The notes beneath the pieces were generated by a model. It ran no database searches and was not told where the DNA came from. It worked only from the letters and a program-made list of their open reading frames with translations. The position numbers and the translations under genes are program-made. From Marinilabiliales bacterium (GTDB taxonomy: Bacteria; Bacteroidota; Bacteroidia; Bacteroidales; SZUA-534), in assembly GCA_003512955.1 (NCBI GenBank), contig DOTG01000020.1:31632-95631 (forward strand): a stretch of DNA of 64,000 bases. The letters are read 5' to 3'. Below, one piece after another: positions 18,819 through 28,015 of the stretch. Positions within the stretch are counted from its first letter, which is position 1; each line of letters opens with the position of its first letter.

Positions 18819-20064
18819 AATTCTTTAAAATAGTATAGAAAGTAAATATTATAGCAAATGAAATTGGCATACTTAATCGAAAATGGGGAAGAGGTGAAAA
18901 TAAACTATCCCAAATTAAAGTAACGAATTGTATAAAGAAAATAATTGAAAACGGACTATTGTATATAATAGAAAAAACCTTTATACCTTTTAAGATAAAA
19001 AACATTAAGATAAAAAACATTAAAAGCATGGCAAAAATACCATTATTAACTCCTGCACCAATTAAAACAGAATGCACCGGGATAACAAATCCTTTTTTAA
19101 TTTTAAATTCTATAATACCTCTTTTCAGTTCTTTATCCATCTTTTCACTCGAAGATAATAAGATGCGAAAATATTTACCTGTTAAATCCTTTTTCCAGGC
19201 TCCATGTCCAAGTATTGGCTTATCAGCTAATGCTTGAAGACCAACCTTAAACTCACCCCTACCTATTAATAGTAATTCGAAAGGATTATAGGGATTACTC
19301 ATTTTTATTGTTTGCTCATATGAGTGCGATCCCCCAATACGCCTATTTAATACACCATTTGTCCAAATAACATAACCTGTATATCCTATAATTAAAAAAA
19401 ATAACAATACAATTAAAAAGGAACCTTTGAGTTTTAACATGCTTTTTGCAAATACAATATATATACTGCTTGCAAATAGTATCATACCTAAAGAGCGACT
19501 ATCAAATAAAAAGAAAATAGTTGCAACAGATAAAAGCACTATCATCAAAATCAACATTAATTCTTTTTTCAATAAATAATATGATACGACTAGAACAAAT
19601 GAAATTAAAATTGGAGCAATCCTAAATTTAAAAACGTCTTCATTAAAATTAACTAAACTAACATATGCAACATTACCAGCCATACTTGATGCATTTCGAA
19701 ATATTATCGACCGAACTAGTAGACCAAAAAAGAAAACTACAATAATAAAAGTATTCGATCTGAATTTATTGAACAAATAAATAAATGTTAAGAAAGAAAC
19801 GATGGTAACCATCAAGCCCCTTGATACATTTTTAAATTCATTAGCTAATAATAATTCACTGATTATTTGAATAATTAAATAAACTATGTAAAATCCTGTT
19901 ACTTGACTTAGAAAAGGATAAGCTTTATAAAGTGTTCTCCAAGGAATGAAAACAGACATCAATAAAACCCATATTTCACTTATGGAAAGAGTTCCGATGA
20001 AACGTATATATATCCCACCAAGAAGAGCATATACAAAAATCTCAATGTTATTTATTTTCTGCAC
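18739..20064 (-). CDS. wzy: O-antigen/capsule repeat-unit polymerase (Wzy-like, O-antigen ligase family)
   Basis: About 10 predicted TM helices and a large loop with GRGEFKVGLQALADKPILGHGAW, typical of the Wzy_C region. Very AT-rich. Confidence 0.7.
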   Translation of the reverse strand: MQKINNIEIFVYALLGGIYIRFIGTLSISEIWVLLMSVFIPWRTLYKAYPFLSQVTGFYIVYLIIQIISELLLANEFKNVSRGLMVTIVSFLTFIYLFNKFRSNTFIIVVFFFGLLVRSIIFRNASSMAGNVAYVSLVNFNEDVFKFRIAPILISFVLVVSYYLLKKELMLILMIVLLSVATIFFLFDSRSLGMILFASSIYIVFAKSMLKLKGSFLIVLLFFLIIGYTGYVIWTNGVLNRRIGGSHSYEQTIKMSNPYNPFELLLIGRGEFKVGLQALADKPILGHGAWKKDLTGKYFRILLSSSEKMDKELKRGIIEFKIKKGFVIPVHSVLIGAGVNNGIFAMLLMFFILMFFILKGIKVFSIIYNSPFSIIFFIQFVTLIWDSLFSPLPHFRLSMPISFAIIFTFYTILKNYENYNWDSNLQQKRIFNQTFTRNKIL

Positions 20065-21107
20065 TTACTCAATAAATTAATTACATTTTTTACTATTTGT
20101 TTGATAGTAAACAATATATATCCATGCAAATAAAATACTGAAGTTTTGGAAACATTAAAGGGCTCTTTAATTGGTTTCATTTTGTAAATTTTTCTGTGGT
20201 AACTAGTTATTAAACTACCATTATTAAATTTGCTATATGAATAATCAATATTTCTATATTCTAGGTATCCATTGCTTCGCAAAATTTGTCTATACAATTT
20301 AACTTTATCTGCTAAAAGGGGGAAATTACTTAAATTGAAGAATTTAGAGTTTAATTTAGTAATAGTATCATTGTCTTTTATGTCAAATGAGCTGAAATGA
20401 TAAAAAACTATTTCGTTTATTTCCGACTCTTTAAAATTTCGTTCGCTAATATTCCAATAGGCTACATTGTAATATTTGTCTTTTAAAATGAAATATGAAT
20501 TAAACAAACATGGTACAAAGTTAATCCATTTCTGATCTACAAAAAGTCCCATTTTATTATCAATAAAACAAGCGTTGAAGGTTCTTTCTTTAAACCAATC
20601 GACAAACTTTAAAGACTCTCCTGATTTTTTAACACCTAAAAACCCCAAATTAAAAATACCTGTCTGTAAAAAAGGATATTCACCATCCTCAATAAGATTT
20701 ATTCGAAAATCGGGGTTAATAATATGTGGGGTTAATAAAATATCATTCGAATCAAGAATTTTAAAAATTAGATCAAGCGATTTGTAAACGAAAATATCCG
20801 GATCGAAATAAACCACTTTTTCATAATCTTTAAATAAATAATCGAAGAAAAATGGCTTGACAGCGGTATTAAACTCAATCACATTATATTTAAAAGCTAA
20901 TGAATAAAAATCAGGTATTCCAATATTTTTTGCCAATACCAAATTAAACTTTAGATTATAATCCTCAATTTCATTTATATTCTCATCAACAATTAGATAA
21001 TAATAATCTAAGTCATTTTTATGCTGCATAAAAATGGAATCAAGTAATGAGATTCCTTGTGCAAAATAGTTTTTTGATGAAATTGTAAATACAGCGTTTT
21101 TATTCAT
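20052..21107 (-). CDS. Putative glycosyltransferase, GT-A fold (GT8-like, DxD = YFDPDI)
   Basis: AVFTISSKNYFAQGISLLDS..., YNVIEFNTAVKPFF, VVYFDPDIFV. The family call is tentative. Confidence 0.55.
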   Translation of the reverse strand: MNKNAVFTISSKNYFAQGISLLDSIFMQHKNDLDYYYLIVDENINEIEDYNLKFNLVLAKNIGIPDFYSLAFKYNVIEFNTAVKPFFFDYLFKDYEKVVYFDPDIFVYKSLDLIFKILDSNDILLTPHIINPDFRINLIEDGEYPFLQTGIFNLGFLGVKKSGESLKFVDWFKERTFNACFIDNKMGLFVDQKWINFVPCLFNSYFILKDKYYNVAYWNISERNFKESEINEIVFYHFSSFDIKDNDTITKLNSKFFNLSNFPLLADKVKLYRQILRSNGYLEYRNIDYSYSKFNNGSLITSYHRKIYKMKPIKEPFNVSKTSVFYLHGYILFTIKQIVKNVINLLSKCRK

Positions 21108-21117
21108 TTATAATACA

Positions 21118-21747
21118 TTATGAGAGTTCTTTAATTATTTTAGCTGGGTTTCCGGCAGCAATAACATTAGGAGGAATATTTTTATTTATTACTGAGTTGC
21201 ATCCAATAATTGAATTCTTGCCAATGGTTACATTTGGCAAAATACAAACATTTTCCCCTATCCAAACATTATCTTCAATAATTACATGTCCCTTGGAAAA
21301 TAATGGTCGTTCCCATGTGGGGGTTTCTGTTTCCTTACCAGTATTAGTCCCATGAGAGTGATCGGTAATTAAAACATTACTTCCTACCATTACATTGTCT
21401 TTTATCATTATTTTATTAATCGCTCCTATATGGCAATTGAAATTAAAACTAACATTATTCCCAATTTCAATTATAATATTGTTTTTTTCATTTTTGTCTG
21501 TATTCCATACTTCTATTCTAAATCCAGGACCGGTGTAAAAATTGTTTCCAATTTTAATACTTTCGGCACCTTTAATGTATAAAGGATATCGAAATATAGG
21601 CTTTAGCCCAACTGAAGCAAATGAATTCACAATCCAGGACGTTTTAATAAACTCAAAAAAACGTACTACTTTTATATACCTTTTGTAAGGAAAGCATATA
21701 TAAGCAATTTTTATAAGTGTATTGATAAAGAACTTTATATATTTCAT
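21118..21747 (-). CDS. Hexapeptide-repeat acyl/acetyltransferase
   Basis: Beta-helix repeats IGNNVSF, IKDNVMVGSNVLI, IEDNVWIGENVCILPNVTIGKNSIIGCNSVI. Confidence 0.85.
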   Translation of the reverse strand: MKYIKFFINTLIKIAYICFPYKRYIKVVRFFEFIKTSWIVNSFASVGLKPIFRYPLYIKGAESIKIGNNFYTGPGFRIEVWNTDKNEKNNIIIEIGNNVSFNFNCHIGAINKIMIKDNVMVGSNVLITDHSHGTNTGKETETPTWERPLFSKGHVIIEDNVWIGENVCILPNVTIGKNSIIGCNSVINKNIPPNVIAAGNPAKIIKELS

Positions 21748-21772
21748 TCTGAATTAAATAACAATAAATGTT

Positions 21773-22765
21773 TTAATTTTCATTAACTCTAAATCTTCGT
21801 CGCAGACTCGCAAAATTGTTGATTACAATTCTTAACCAAATTTTTGAGAACAATTTTGGTAAAATAAACAGTGGGGTAATGCACATCCAGAAAGAAATGT
21901 AGAACTTATGTGTATTGTAAATCATCGGCCAAATTCTCTTTTCACTAAATTTGTTTTTTTTATCGAATCTGGTTTTATATACAAATTGAGGAAAGAACTC
22001 CAATAACATATCATTATTTATGCTATTTATAACACTTTGCGAAATTCCTGATCTTTTAAAATCATTTAAAATCTGATTATAGTTTTTAGCAAACACATCA
22101 AAAAGTTTATATCCACCGCTATTATTGATTTCAGCAATAATAATTGGTTTATAAACTATTATATTAACTTTACTCCTTAAAGCAGCATTATAGATATAAG
22201 GTACCTGTGTTAAAAAGCTTCCTTCATATTTAGAAATATTTAAATCCCCTAATAAATCTTTATTAATTATATTTCCCGATATAAAAGTAACCCAATAGCT
22301 TAGCGTTTTTATGAAAACAACATTATTTAGGTAAACCTTATAAATTAGGTTTGGCTTTCTATAAATTGAGTTATTGTAAAAATTAACTATTCCTAACTGT
22401 TCTGAATTGTAACTCTTTAATAATTCTAGTATATAAACAATTCCTCCGGGAATAAAAAAATCATCGTCACCTAAGACCAAAACAAATTTTCCGTTAGATT
22501 TTTTATAGCATTGAGTAATATTATATTCAATACCCATATTTTCAGAATTTAGAAATACCTTTATTGGTAATCCTTTTTTAAGAAAATATTGTATAATATC
22601 TTGGGTGTTATCTGTAGAACAATTATCTGAAACAATAATCTCCAAAGATAATACCTTCCCTTGGATATCTTTTTCAATGCTTTCTAGGCATCTTTTTAAA
22701 TATTCAGCTCTGTTCCATGTTGGTATTGCAATACTTAAAATGATATTACTTGTTCCAAATTCCAT
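21773..22765 (-). CDS. Glycosyltransferase family 2
   Basis: LSIAIPTWNRAEYLKRCLESI, IIVSDNCSTDNT, VLGDDDFF. Confidence 0.85.
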   Translation of the reverse strand: MEFGTSNIILSIAIPTWNRAEYLKRCLESIEKDIQGKVLSLEIIVSDNCSTDNTQDIIQYFLKKGLPIKVFLNSENMGIEYNITQCYKKSNGKFVLVLGDDDFFIPGGIVYILELLKSYNSEQLGIVNFYNNSIYRKPNLIYKVYLNNVVFIKTLSYWVTFISGNIINKDLLGDLNISKYEGSFLTQVPYIYNAALRSKVNIIVYKPIIIAEINNSGGYKLFDVFAKNYNQILNDFKRSGISQSVINSINNDMLLEFFPQFVYKTRFDKKNKFSEKRIWPMIYNTHKFYISFWMCITPLFILPKLFSKIWLRIVINNFASLRRRFRVNEN

Positions 22766-24134
22766 GACCTTTATGGTTTATCAATTTATATGTTTGAATG
22801 GTAAGCAATAGACAAGGTAATAACATTCCAATATTTAGTGATAAAATTACTCCATTAATTCCTAAGCCAAAATATTTTCCTAATATAACGGCTAGTGGTA
22901 TGTTTATGACGCTTTGAATAATTGCTATAAATAGTGATAAGGTAATTTTACCCACTCCAGCTAAATAGGAAGACATAATTGAACTAAAAGTAAAAAAAGC
23001 AGTAAATAGGAAGAATTGAAATGAAAGACTATAAGTTACAAAGACTGAATCACCGATCCAAAATTTTATAATGTAAGGAGTTAATAACCAAACTATAAAT
23101 AAAAATAAAACAAATAGTAACCATATTAATACCAAAACTCTGATTGTTTTCCGTATCCATACATAATCACCTTTACAATTAGCATCTGTGAATGCTGACC
23201 AAAACGGGGTTACAATAATCGTAAAAAATATCTGAAAAGAGGTAAACAACCTATATGCAATATTATAATTTGTTACTTCTCCGGGTCCAAATAGCTGTGT
23301 TATAACAATATTAGCAGATGAATATATAAAAATCATTGATAATTGTATAATGAAAAATTTCAAGCCTATTCCCAGCATGTCTTTCAAGTGCTCAGAATTA
23401 AATTCTATTTTATCAGGTTTGTACTTACTTAAGGTTGTTTTAAATAAGAAAATAGTAGTAAAAACAAAAACAATAATTGGAGCTAACATGAATACTAATG
23501 AAATTGAAAACAAATTAGCAACTCCTAAAAACGATAATAGTAAAATGCCTAATAAGGAAATGATATTGCCTAAAAATGGTAATAAGTTACTCAACGCAGT
23601 TTTTTGCATAGCAAGTAATACCATGTTAATATTTTTGGTCAACAATTGAATCCCAAGAAAAACAAAAACATTCAATACTACTAAATTGAGATTTACATCG
23701 GTATTTTTATCAACATTTAATATTTTATACCAGTCAATAAATTGATGTACAATGCTATAAATTACAATAAAGCCTAATACAATGAAAAACATGGTAATGT
23801 AAAAGGTGCTTGTAAGCTTTTTGGCATATGATAAATCATTTATTGCAATAGCTTCAGCATATTTATTTCGGAATCCATTACCTAATCCAATATCCATAAT
23901 ATTAAACCAAGAAACAATTGAAAATAAAGTAATCCAAACTCCATACAAGTCTTTATTTAACATAGTAATTGTTAACGGAACTAAATATAAGGAAACCAAA
24001 ATATTAGCTCCTTTAATCCCAAACGATCCAAATATGTTTTTTTTTGCTATTATACTTCTGGACTGGCCTTTCAGAAGTCTATTTTGAAAATCATTATAAA
24101 TTTTAAAATTCAACATATCAATTATAAACTTCAA
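22746..24134 (-). CDS. wzx: Oligosaccharide-unit flippase (Wzx, MOP superfamily)
   Basis: 462 aa with about 12-14 TM helices. The N-terminal SRSIIAKKNIFGSFGIKGANILVSLYLVPLTI is typical of polysaccharide biosynthesis/flippase proteins. Confidence 0.8.
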   Translation of the reverse strand: MKFIIDMLNFKIYNDFQNRLLKGQSRSIIAKKNIFGSFGIKGANILVSLYLVPLTITMLNKDLYGVWITLFSIVSWFNIMDIGLGNGFRNKYAEAIAINDLSYAKKLTSTFYITMFFIVLGFIVIYSIVHQFIDWYKILNVDKNTDVNLNLVVLNVFVFLGIQLLTKNINMVLLAMQKTALSNLLPFLGNIISLLGILLLSFLGVANLFSISLVFMLAPIIVFVFTTIFLFKTTLSKYKPDKIEFNSEHLKDMLGIGLKFFIIQLSMIFIYSSANIVITQLFGPGEVTNYNIAYRLFTSFQIFFTIIVTPFWSAFTDANCKGDYVWIRKTIRVLVLIWLLFVLFLFIVWLLTPYIIKFWIGDSVFVTYSLSFQFFLFTAFFTFSSIMSSYLAGVGKITLSLFIAIIQSVINIPLAVILGKYFGLGINGVILSLNIGMLLPCLLLTIQTYKLINHKGHGIWNK

Positions 24135-25395
24135 CTATTTTTTTCCCGCTCATTAAACTCTGATCGCTCCAAAAATAGTCCCATTCGCCAAAGCGACCAA
24201 TGGTTTTAATGCCTAGTTGTTCATAATACTGCCGTATAAGGGCCACATTGGCAGCCCGGTGAACATCGAATACCACATTGGCAAAAGGTACATGTTTGTA
24301 ATCTGTTATTTCAATGTCGTTTAATGTGAATAAACCCATTTTTTGCCCATTTTCAACCACATATTCAATCAAATTTTGTCCAACAAGGCTGTTGTTTTTG
24401 TACTTTGAGTAATAGGTTTCAAACTGAAGGCTGCTTTTTCCTGCCGGAGCATTTTCCGGTGATTTTAATGAAGGCGAATAAACTCTTGCTGGTAAGATAT
24501 CGGTGTCGTAAATATAAAACCACAGGTGTTTGGTTATTTCAGGTCGGTTAAATCCTATTGAAACCAACTGTCCTGAAGTGTGTAATAATTTATTTGCGGC
24601 ATCTTTAATGTTTTGAGGAACATCCTTTGTAATTCCAACAAGTTGCGGTAAAGGCATACTCGATATTAAATGCTCATAATGCACATTGGTTCCATCATTA
24701 AAGTCAATTTTCTTTTGCTTTACGTCAAGTAAAATAGCTTTTTTATTGAGATTAATCTCTAATCCATTTGCCATAAAAGCTAAAAAGGCTTTATACCCTC
24801 CTTTTTTTGGATATCGCATTTCACTGGCATAATAATGGTTTTCGTGGGTTGTTTCAAAGGCTCCTGCCAACATCTCATCAAGGGCAATCTCTTTCATCCT
24901 CTTACCCACCCAATCGGTTGTCAGTTTTTCGGCATCAATGGTCCAGTATTTATTTGTGTAGGCTATAGGAAATGTTTGCGCAAAATACTCTCCAAATCCG
25001 GCAACTAGCCATTCCTTATAGTTGGCCGGGTTTTCAATTTTTGGGCGGTTAACAAAATCAGTTATAACTCTTACTTTATCGGGTATGCTTAATGGATGCA
25101 GATTAAATTGTGCCGGATGTTTTAACCAAAGGCCTTTGTAATAATTATACGATTCGGGATGATGAGTATAATAGTCGGTCGATTTTGAAAACAATTCTTT
25201 CACATAATCATTTTGTGTAAATGATAAATGTACAAAATAGTCGAAACGGAAACCCTCAATCTCAAAATGATCGCAAAGCCCTCCCCAACGGTTTCGTAAT
25301 TCATAAATTGTTGCTTTATTACCTGCTAGCTGAGCATGATAAGCTGCTGATATTCCTGAAATTCCTGCTCCAAGAATTGTAAAACTTCTGCTCAT
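24118..25395 (-). CDS. FAD-dependent oxidoreductase, UDP-galactopyranose-mutase-like
   Basis: Dinucleotide-binding ILGAGISGISAAYHA...YELRNRWGG; C-terminal IGRFGEWDYFWSDQ resembles the R-x-G-x-Y tail of Glf-like enzymes. The substrate is not inferable. Confidence 0.55.
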   Translation of the reverse strand: MSRSFTILGAGISGISAAYHAQLAGNKATIYELRNRWGGLCDHFEIEGFRFDYFVHLSFTQNDYVKELFSKSTDYYTHHPESYNYYKGLWLKHPAQFNLHPLSIPDKVRVITDFVNRPKIENPANYKEWLVAGFGEYFAQTFPIAYTNKYWTIDAEKLTTDWVGKRMKEIALDEMLAGAFETTHENHYYASEMRYPKKGGYKAFLAFMANGLEINLNKKAILLDVKQKKIDFNDGTNVHYEHLISSMPLPQLVGITKDVPQNIKDAANKLLHTSGQLVSIGFNRPEITKHLWFYIYDTDILPARVYSPSLKSPENAPAGKSSLQFETYYSKYKNNSLVGQNLIEYVVENGQKMGLFTLNDIEITDYKHVPFANVVFDVHRAANVALIRQYYEQLGIKTIGRFGEWDYFWSDQSLMSGKKIVEVYN

Positions 25396-25419
25396 TTTAA
25401 TTCAAATATTGATAAGCAA

Positions 25420-25575
25420 TTATAATTGTTTTTGTAACCAGTTTATCATTTTAACCAATCCTTCTCGTGGTTGAACCTGGGGTTTCCAACCAGTTTGCCG
25501 GGTTATTTTGGTATTATCGGCCACAAACACCAACTGGAGGCTTTCGCGAGGGGGTAGTTGTTTGGTTGTTGCTAA
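25420..25575 (-). pseudogene. Ghost copy of the 3' end of the tyv-like epimerase gene
   Basis: 25457-25563 aligns without gaps to 26976-27082 (94/107 identical by my count). It translates to ...KQLPPRESLQLVFVADNTKITRQTGWKPQVQPREGLVKMINWLQKQL*, against ...KQLPPRESDQLVFVADNTKITRLTGWKPQVQAREGLIRMMEWLNI* in the intact gene. Confidence 0.8.
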
Positions 25576-25617
25576 ATTTTGCAATTTACAATTCTCATGT
25601 ATTATACCTTTGTTAAA

Positions 25618-26832
25618 TTAATAGCCTTCCATTAATAAAAAATCGGCTATATGTCGGTGTTCAATTCCTTCAATGTTATCATTCCAATGTTCGTCCATGG
25701 TAAGTACATACTTTGGGTAATTATCTTTAATCGACAAAAGGGGTTTATATTCACGCTCAATGGTCGATTTTTCGGTCATCTTGTAACATACCTGTATATA
25801 AATCTTTTTGTTCCCCTGCTCAGCAATAAAATCCACCTCGGCATTATCAAGTTTACCTACATAAACCTGGTATCCTCTACGTTTTAATTCAAGCATAACA
25901 ATGTTTTCGAGGATGCCTGAAATTAAACGGCCTTTATAGCCCATAAGGGCGTATAATAAAGATTGGTCACCAATAAAATATTTTTCATTTGTTTTGAGGA
26001 TTTCTTTACCTTTTATATCGAAACGTGGTATCCGATAAATAATAAAAGCTCTCTCCAGTGCATTCAGGTAGTTGTACACCGTATTTAAATCCAGCTTTCG
26101 GTTCTGGCTTTTAAAATAGTCGGCTACATTTTTTGCTGAAAACTTATTCCCAATGTTATCAAAAACGTATTTAACCACCCTTTCCAGTAATTCAACATCG
26201 CGAATCTTGTTACGTTGCACGACATCGCGTAAAATTACCGATGAGTAAATATCATGTACAATTTGATATGCCGATTCACTTGTGTATGTCGAAGTATGGA
26301 TAGCTGGAAACCCGCCCATGCGTAAAAACAGTTCGAAATTGTTGTAAATAGTTGATTGAGCCTGTTGTTGTTCAGCCTTAAACATCAACATTTCGTTGAA
26401 CGATAAGGTGTAAATTAAAAACTCGACATACCTGCCAGCCAAATAGGTAGCTAATTCGCCCGACAACAATTTTGAATTTGATCCGGTAATATAAATATCC
26501 GCATTAAAATCAACAGCAAAAGAATTTATAGCTTTTTCCCATGCCTCAACTTCCTGTATCTCATCGAGTAATATATAATACTTACCTTTATTCTGTATTT
26601 TATCTTTCACATACGCATATAGTTCTTTCGCCTTCAGAATCTCTGAGTGCTCAAAACTTTCAAAGTTCACATAAATGATATTTTTTTCATTAATTCCACG
26701 TTTAAGAAGCTCTTCTTTTAGCAATATTAATAACGCCGACTTACCCGAACGCCTGATACCTGATATAACCTTGATAAAGGGCTTATCGATAAACTCCTTT
26801 AGTTTTTTAAGATATAACTCTCTGTTAATCAT
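25618..26832 (-). CDS. AAA+ ATPase with C-terminal DUF4143 (COG1373-type), paralog 2
   Basis: Walker A GIRRSGKSA, Walker B YILLDEIQ, C-terminal AEVDFIAEQGNKKIYIQV. Confidence 0.85.
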   Translation of the reverse strand: MINRELYLKKLKEFIDKPFIKVISGIRRSGKSALLILLKEELLKRGINEKNIIYVNFESFEHSEILKAKELYAYVKDKIQNKGKYYILLDEIQEVEAWEKAINSFAVDFNADIYITGSNSKLLSGELATYLAGRYVEFLIYTLSFNEMLMFKAEQQQAQSTIYNNFELFLRMGGFPAIHTSTYTSESAYQIVHDIYSSVILRDVVQRNKIRDVELLERVVKYVFDNIGNKFSAKNVADYFKSQNRKLDLNTVYNYLNALERAFIIYRIPRFDIKGKEILKTNEKYFIGDQSLLYALMGYKGRLISGILENIVMLELKRRGYQVYVGKLDNAEVDFIAEQGNKKIYIQVCYKMTEKSTIEREYKPLLSIKDNYPKYVLTMDEHWNDNIEGIEHRHIADFLLMEGY

Positions 26833-26944
26833 TTTATGATTTAAGGATTATAAGCGTAAAAATATAATTTATTTTTTAGTTTTTATGGCTATAAGCCTAA
26901 TAATTATATTTTTTCAACTGTTTTTAAGGTTATGCACTGAATTA

Positions 26945-27961
26945 TTAAATGTTTAACCATTCCATCATTCTAATTAATCCTTCCCTGGCTTGAACCTGAG
27001 GTTTCCAGCCGGTTAGCCGGGTTATTTTGGTATTATCGGCAACAAACACCAACTGGTCGCTTTCCCGAGGGGGTAGCTGTTTATGGTTCATTTTAATACC
27101 TAAAATTTCTTCAAGCAAAGTAAAAAGTTCTAATAACGAAAGGCTGTAATCAATTCCTCCCCCAATGTTAAAAGCCTGGCCTTTTACCTTATCGATGTAT
27201 TGAACGGCTGCAAAATACAAATCCACCACATCATCGGCATGCAATACATCGCGTACCTGTTTTCCGGTACCCGAAATCGTAAAGGGTTCTTTTAATTTTC
27301 CGTTTTTAATCTCCAGAGCCTTTTGGCAAAACCAGCCAATCCATCCCTGGTCGTAAGTAGCATGCTGGTTCCCGCCATACATGGATGAATGCCTGAACAC
27401 CACGGTTTTAATGCCAAAAATACGGGCATAATCTAATAAATATTGGTCGGCAGCACCTTTCGAACATCCGTAAGGAGAATGAAAATCGAGTGGAACCTGC
27501 TCATTAAACCCATTTGAAAATTCTTTGCAAATGTAACGGGTTGGGGTTTCTTCAAAAGTTAAATACTCAAAATCGCCATATACCTTGTTGGTCGATGAAT
27601 ATAAAATCATGGCTTTGGGGGCATACTTACGGATGGAATCCAATAAATTATGTGTCCCCAGGGCATTAATCTCAAAATCGAGGCGTGGATTGGCAATAGA
27701 TGTGGTCATGGCCACTTGTCCAGCCAAATGGAACACCACATCGGGTTGTTCAGCTTTAATTACGGTTTCTACATCGTTTAAATTACGAATGTCGTATGGG
27801 TAGTAGGTAAACGAACCCTTGGTTTTCAGCCACTCTAAATTCTGGCTGCTGCCGTAACGAAAAAGGTTATCGAACACTACTAATTCATCGCCACGTTTTA
27901 AAACTTCGGCGGCCAGATTACTACCCACAAAGCCGCATCCTCCGGTTACTAAGTATTTCAT
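26945..27961 (-). CDS. tyv: CDP-paratose 2-epimerase-like (CDP-tyvelose-forming) SDR
   Basis: VTGGCGFVGSNL, HLAGQVAMTTSI, LYSSTNKVYG, DFHSPYGCSKGAADQY, VVFRHSSMYGG, YDQGWIGWFCQKA and FTISGTGKQVRDVLHADD run nearly collinear with Salmonella RfbE/Tyv as I remember it. The track start at 27976 is a TTG. The ATG at 27959-27961 gives the canonical MKYLVTGG. Confidence 0.8.
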   Translation of the reverse strand: MKYLVTGGCGFVGSNLAAEVLKRGDELVVFDNLFRYGSSQNLEWLKTKGSFTYYPYDIRNLNDVETVIKAEQPDVVFHLAGQVAMTTSIANPRLDFEINALGTHNLLDSIRKYAPKAMILYSSTNKVYGDFEYLTFEETPTRYICKEFSNGFNEQVPLDFHSPYGCSKGAADQYLLDYARIFGIKTVVFRHSSMYGGNQHATYDQGWIGWFCQKALEIKNGKLKEPFTISGTGKQVRDVLHADDVVDLYFAAVQYIDKVKGQAFNIGGGIDYSLSLLELFTLLEEILGIKMNHKQLPPRESDQLVFVADNTKITRLTGWKPQVQAREGLIRMMEWLNI

Positions 27962-27970
27962 GTTTAATTG

Positions 27971-28015
27971 ATTCAAATTGTTACCTTGTGTTCGCCCAAT
28001 GATACACCGTGTAAC
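27971..28015. repeat. Diverged copy of the intercistronic junction module (prt|tyv junction), with palindrome TACAC-c-GTGTA at 28003-28013
   Basis: attcaaattg (7/10 match to tttcacagtg), then a 20-nt spacer, then gatacaccgtgtaac. The last 3 nt (28013-28015) continue into the prt-like stop codon. Compare the modules at 29654-29699 and 30080-30125. Confidence 0.5.

Noticed and set aside
25576-25617. Shared string aattgtaaatt(g) downstream of ATPase-2 and upstream of ATPase-1 (7511-7525), considered as a cassette-end signal
   Set aside because: It is only an ~11-mer in AT-rich DNA and sits at non-equivalent positions relative to the two genes. This is not enough to claim a conserved end.
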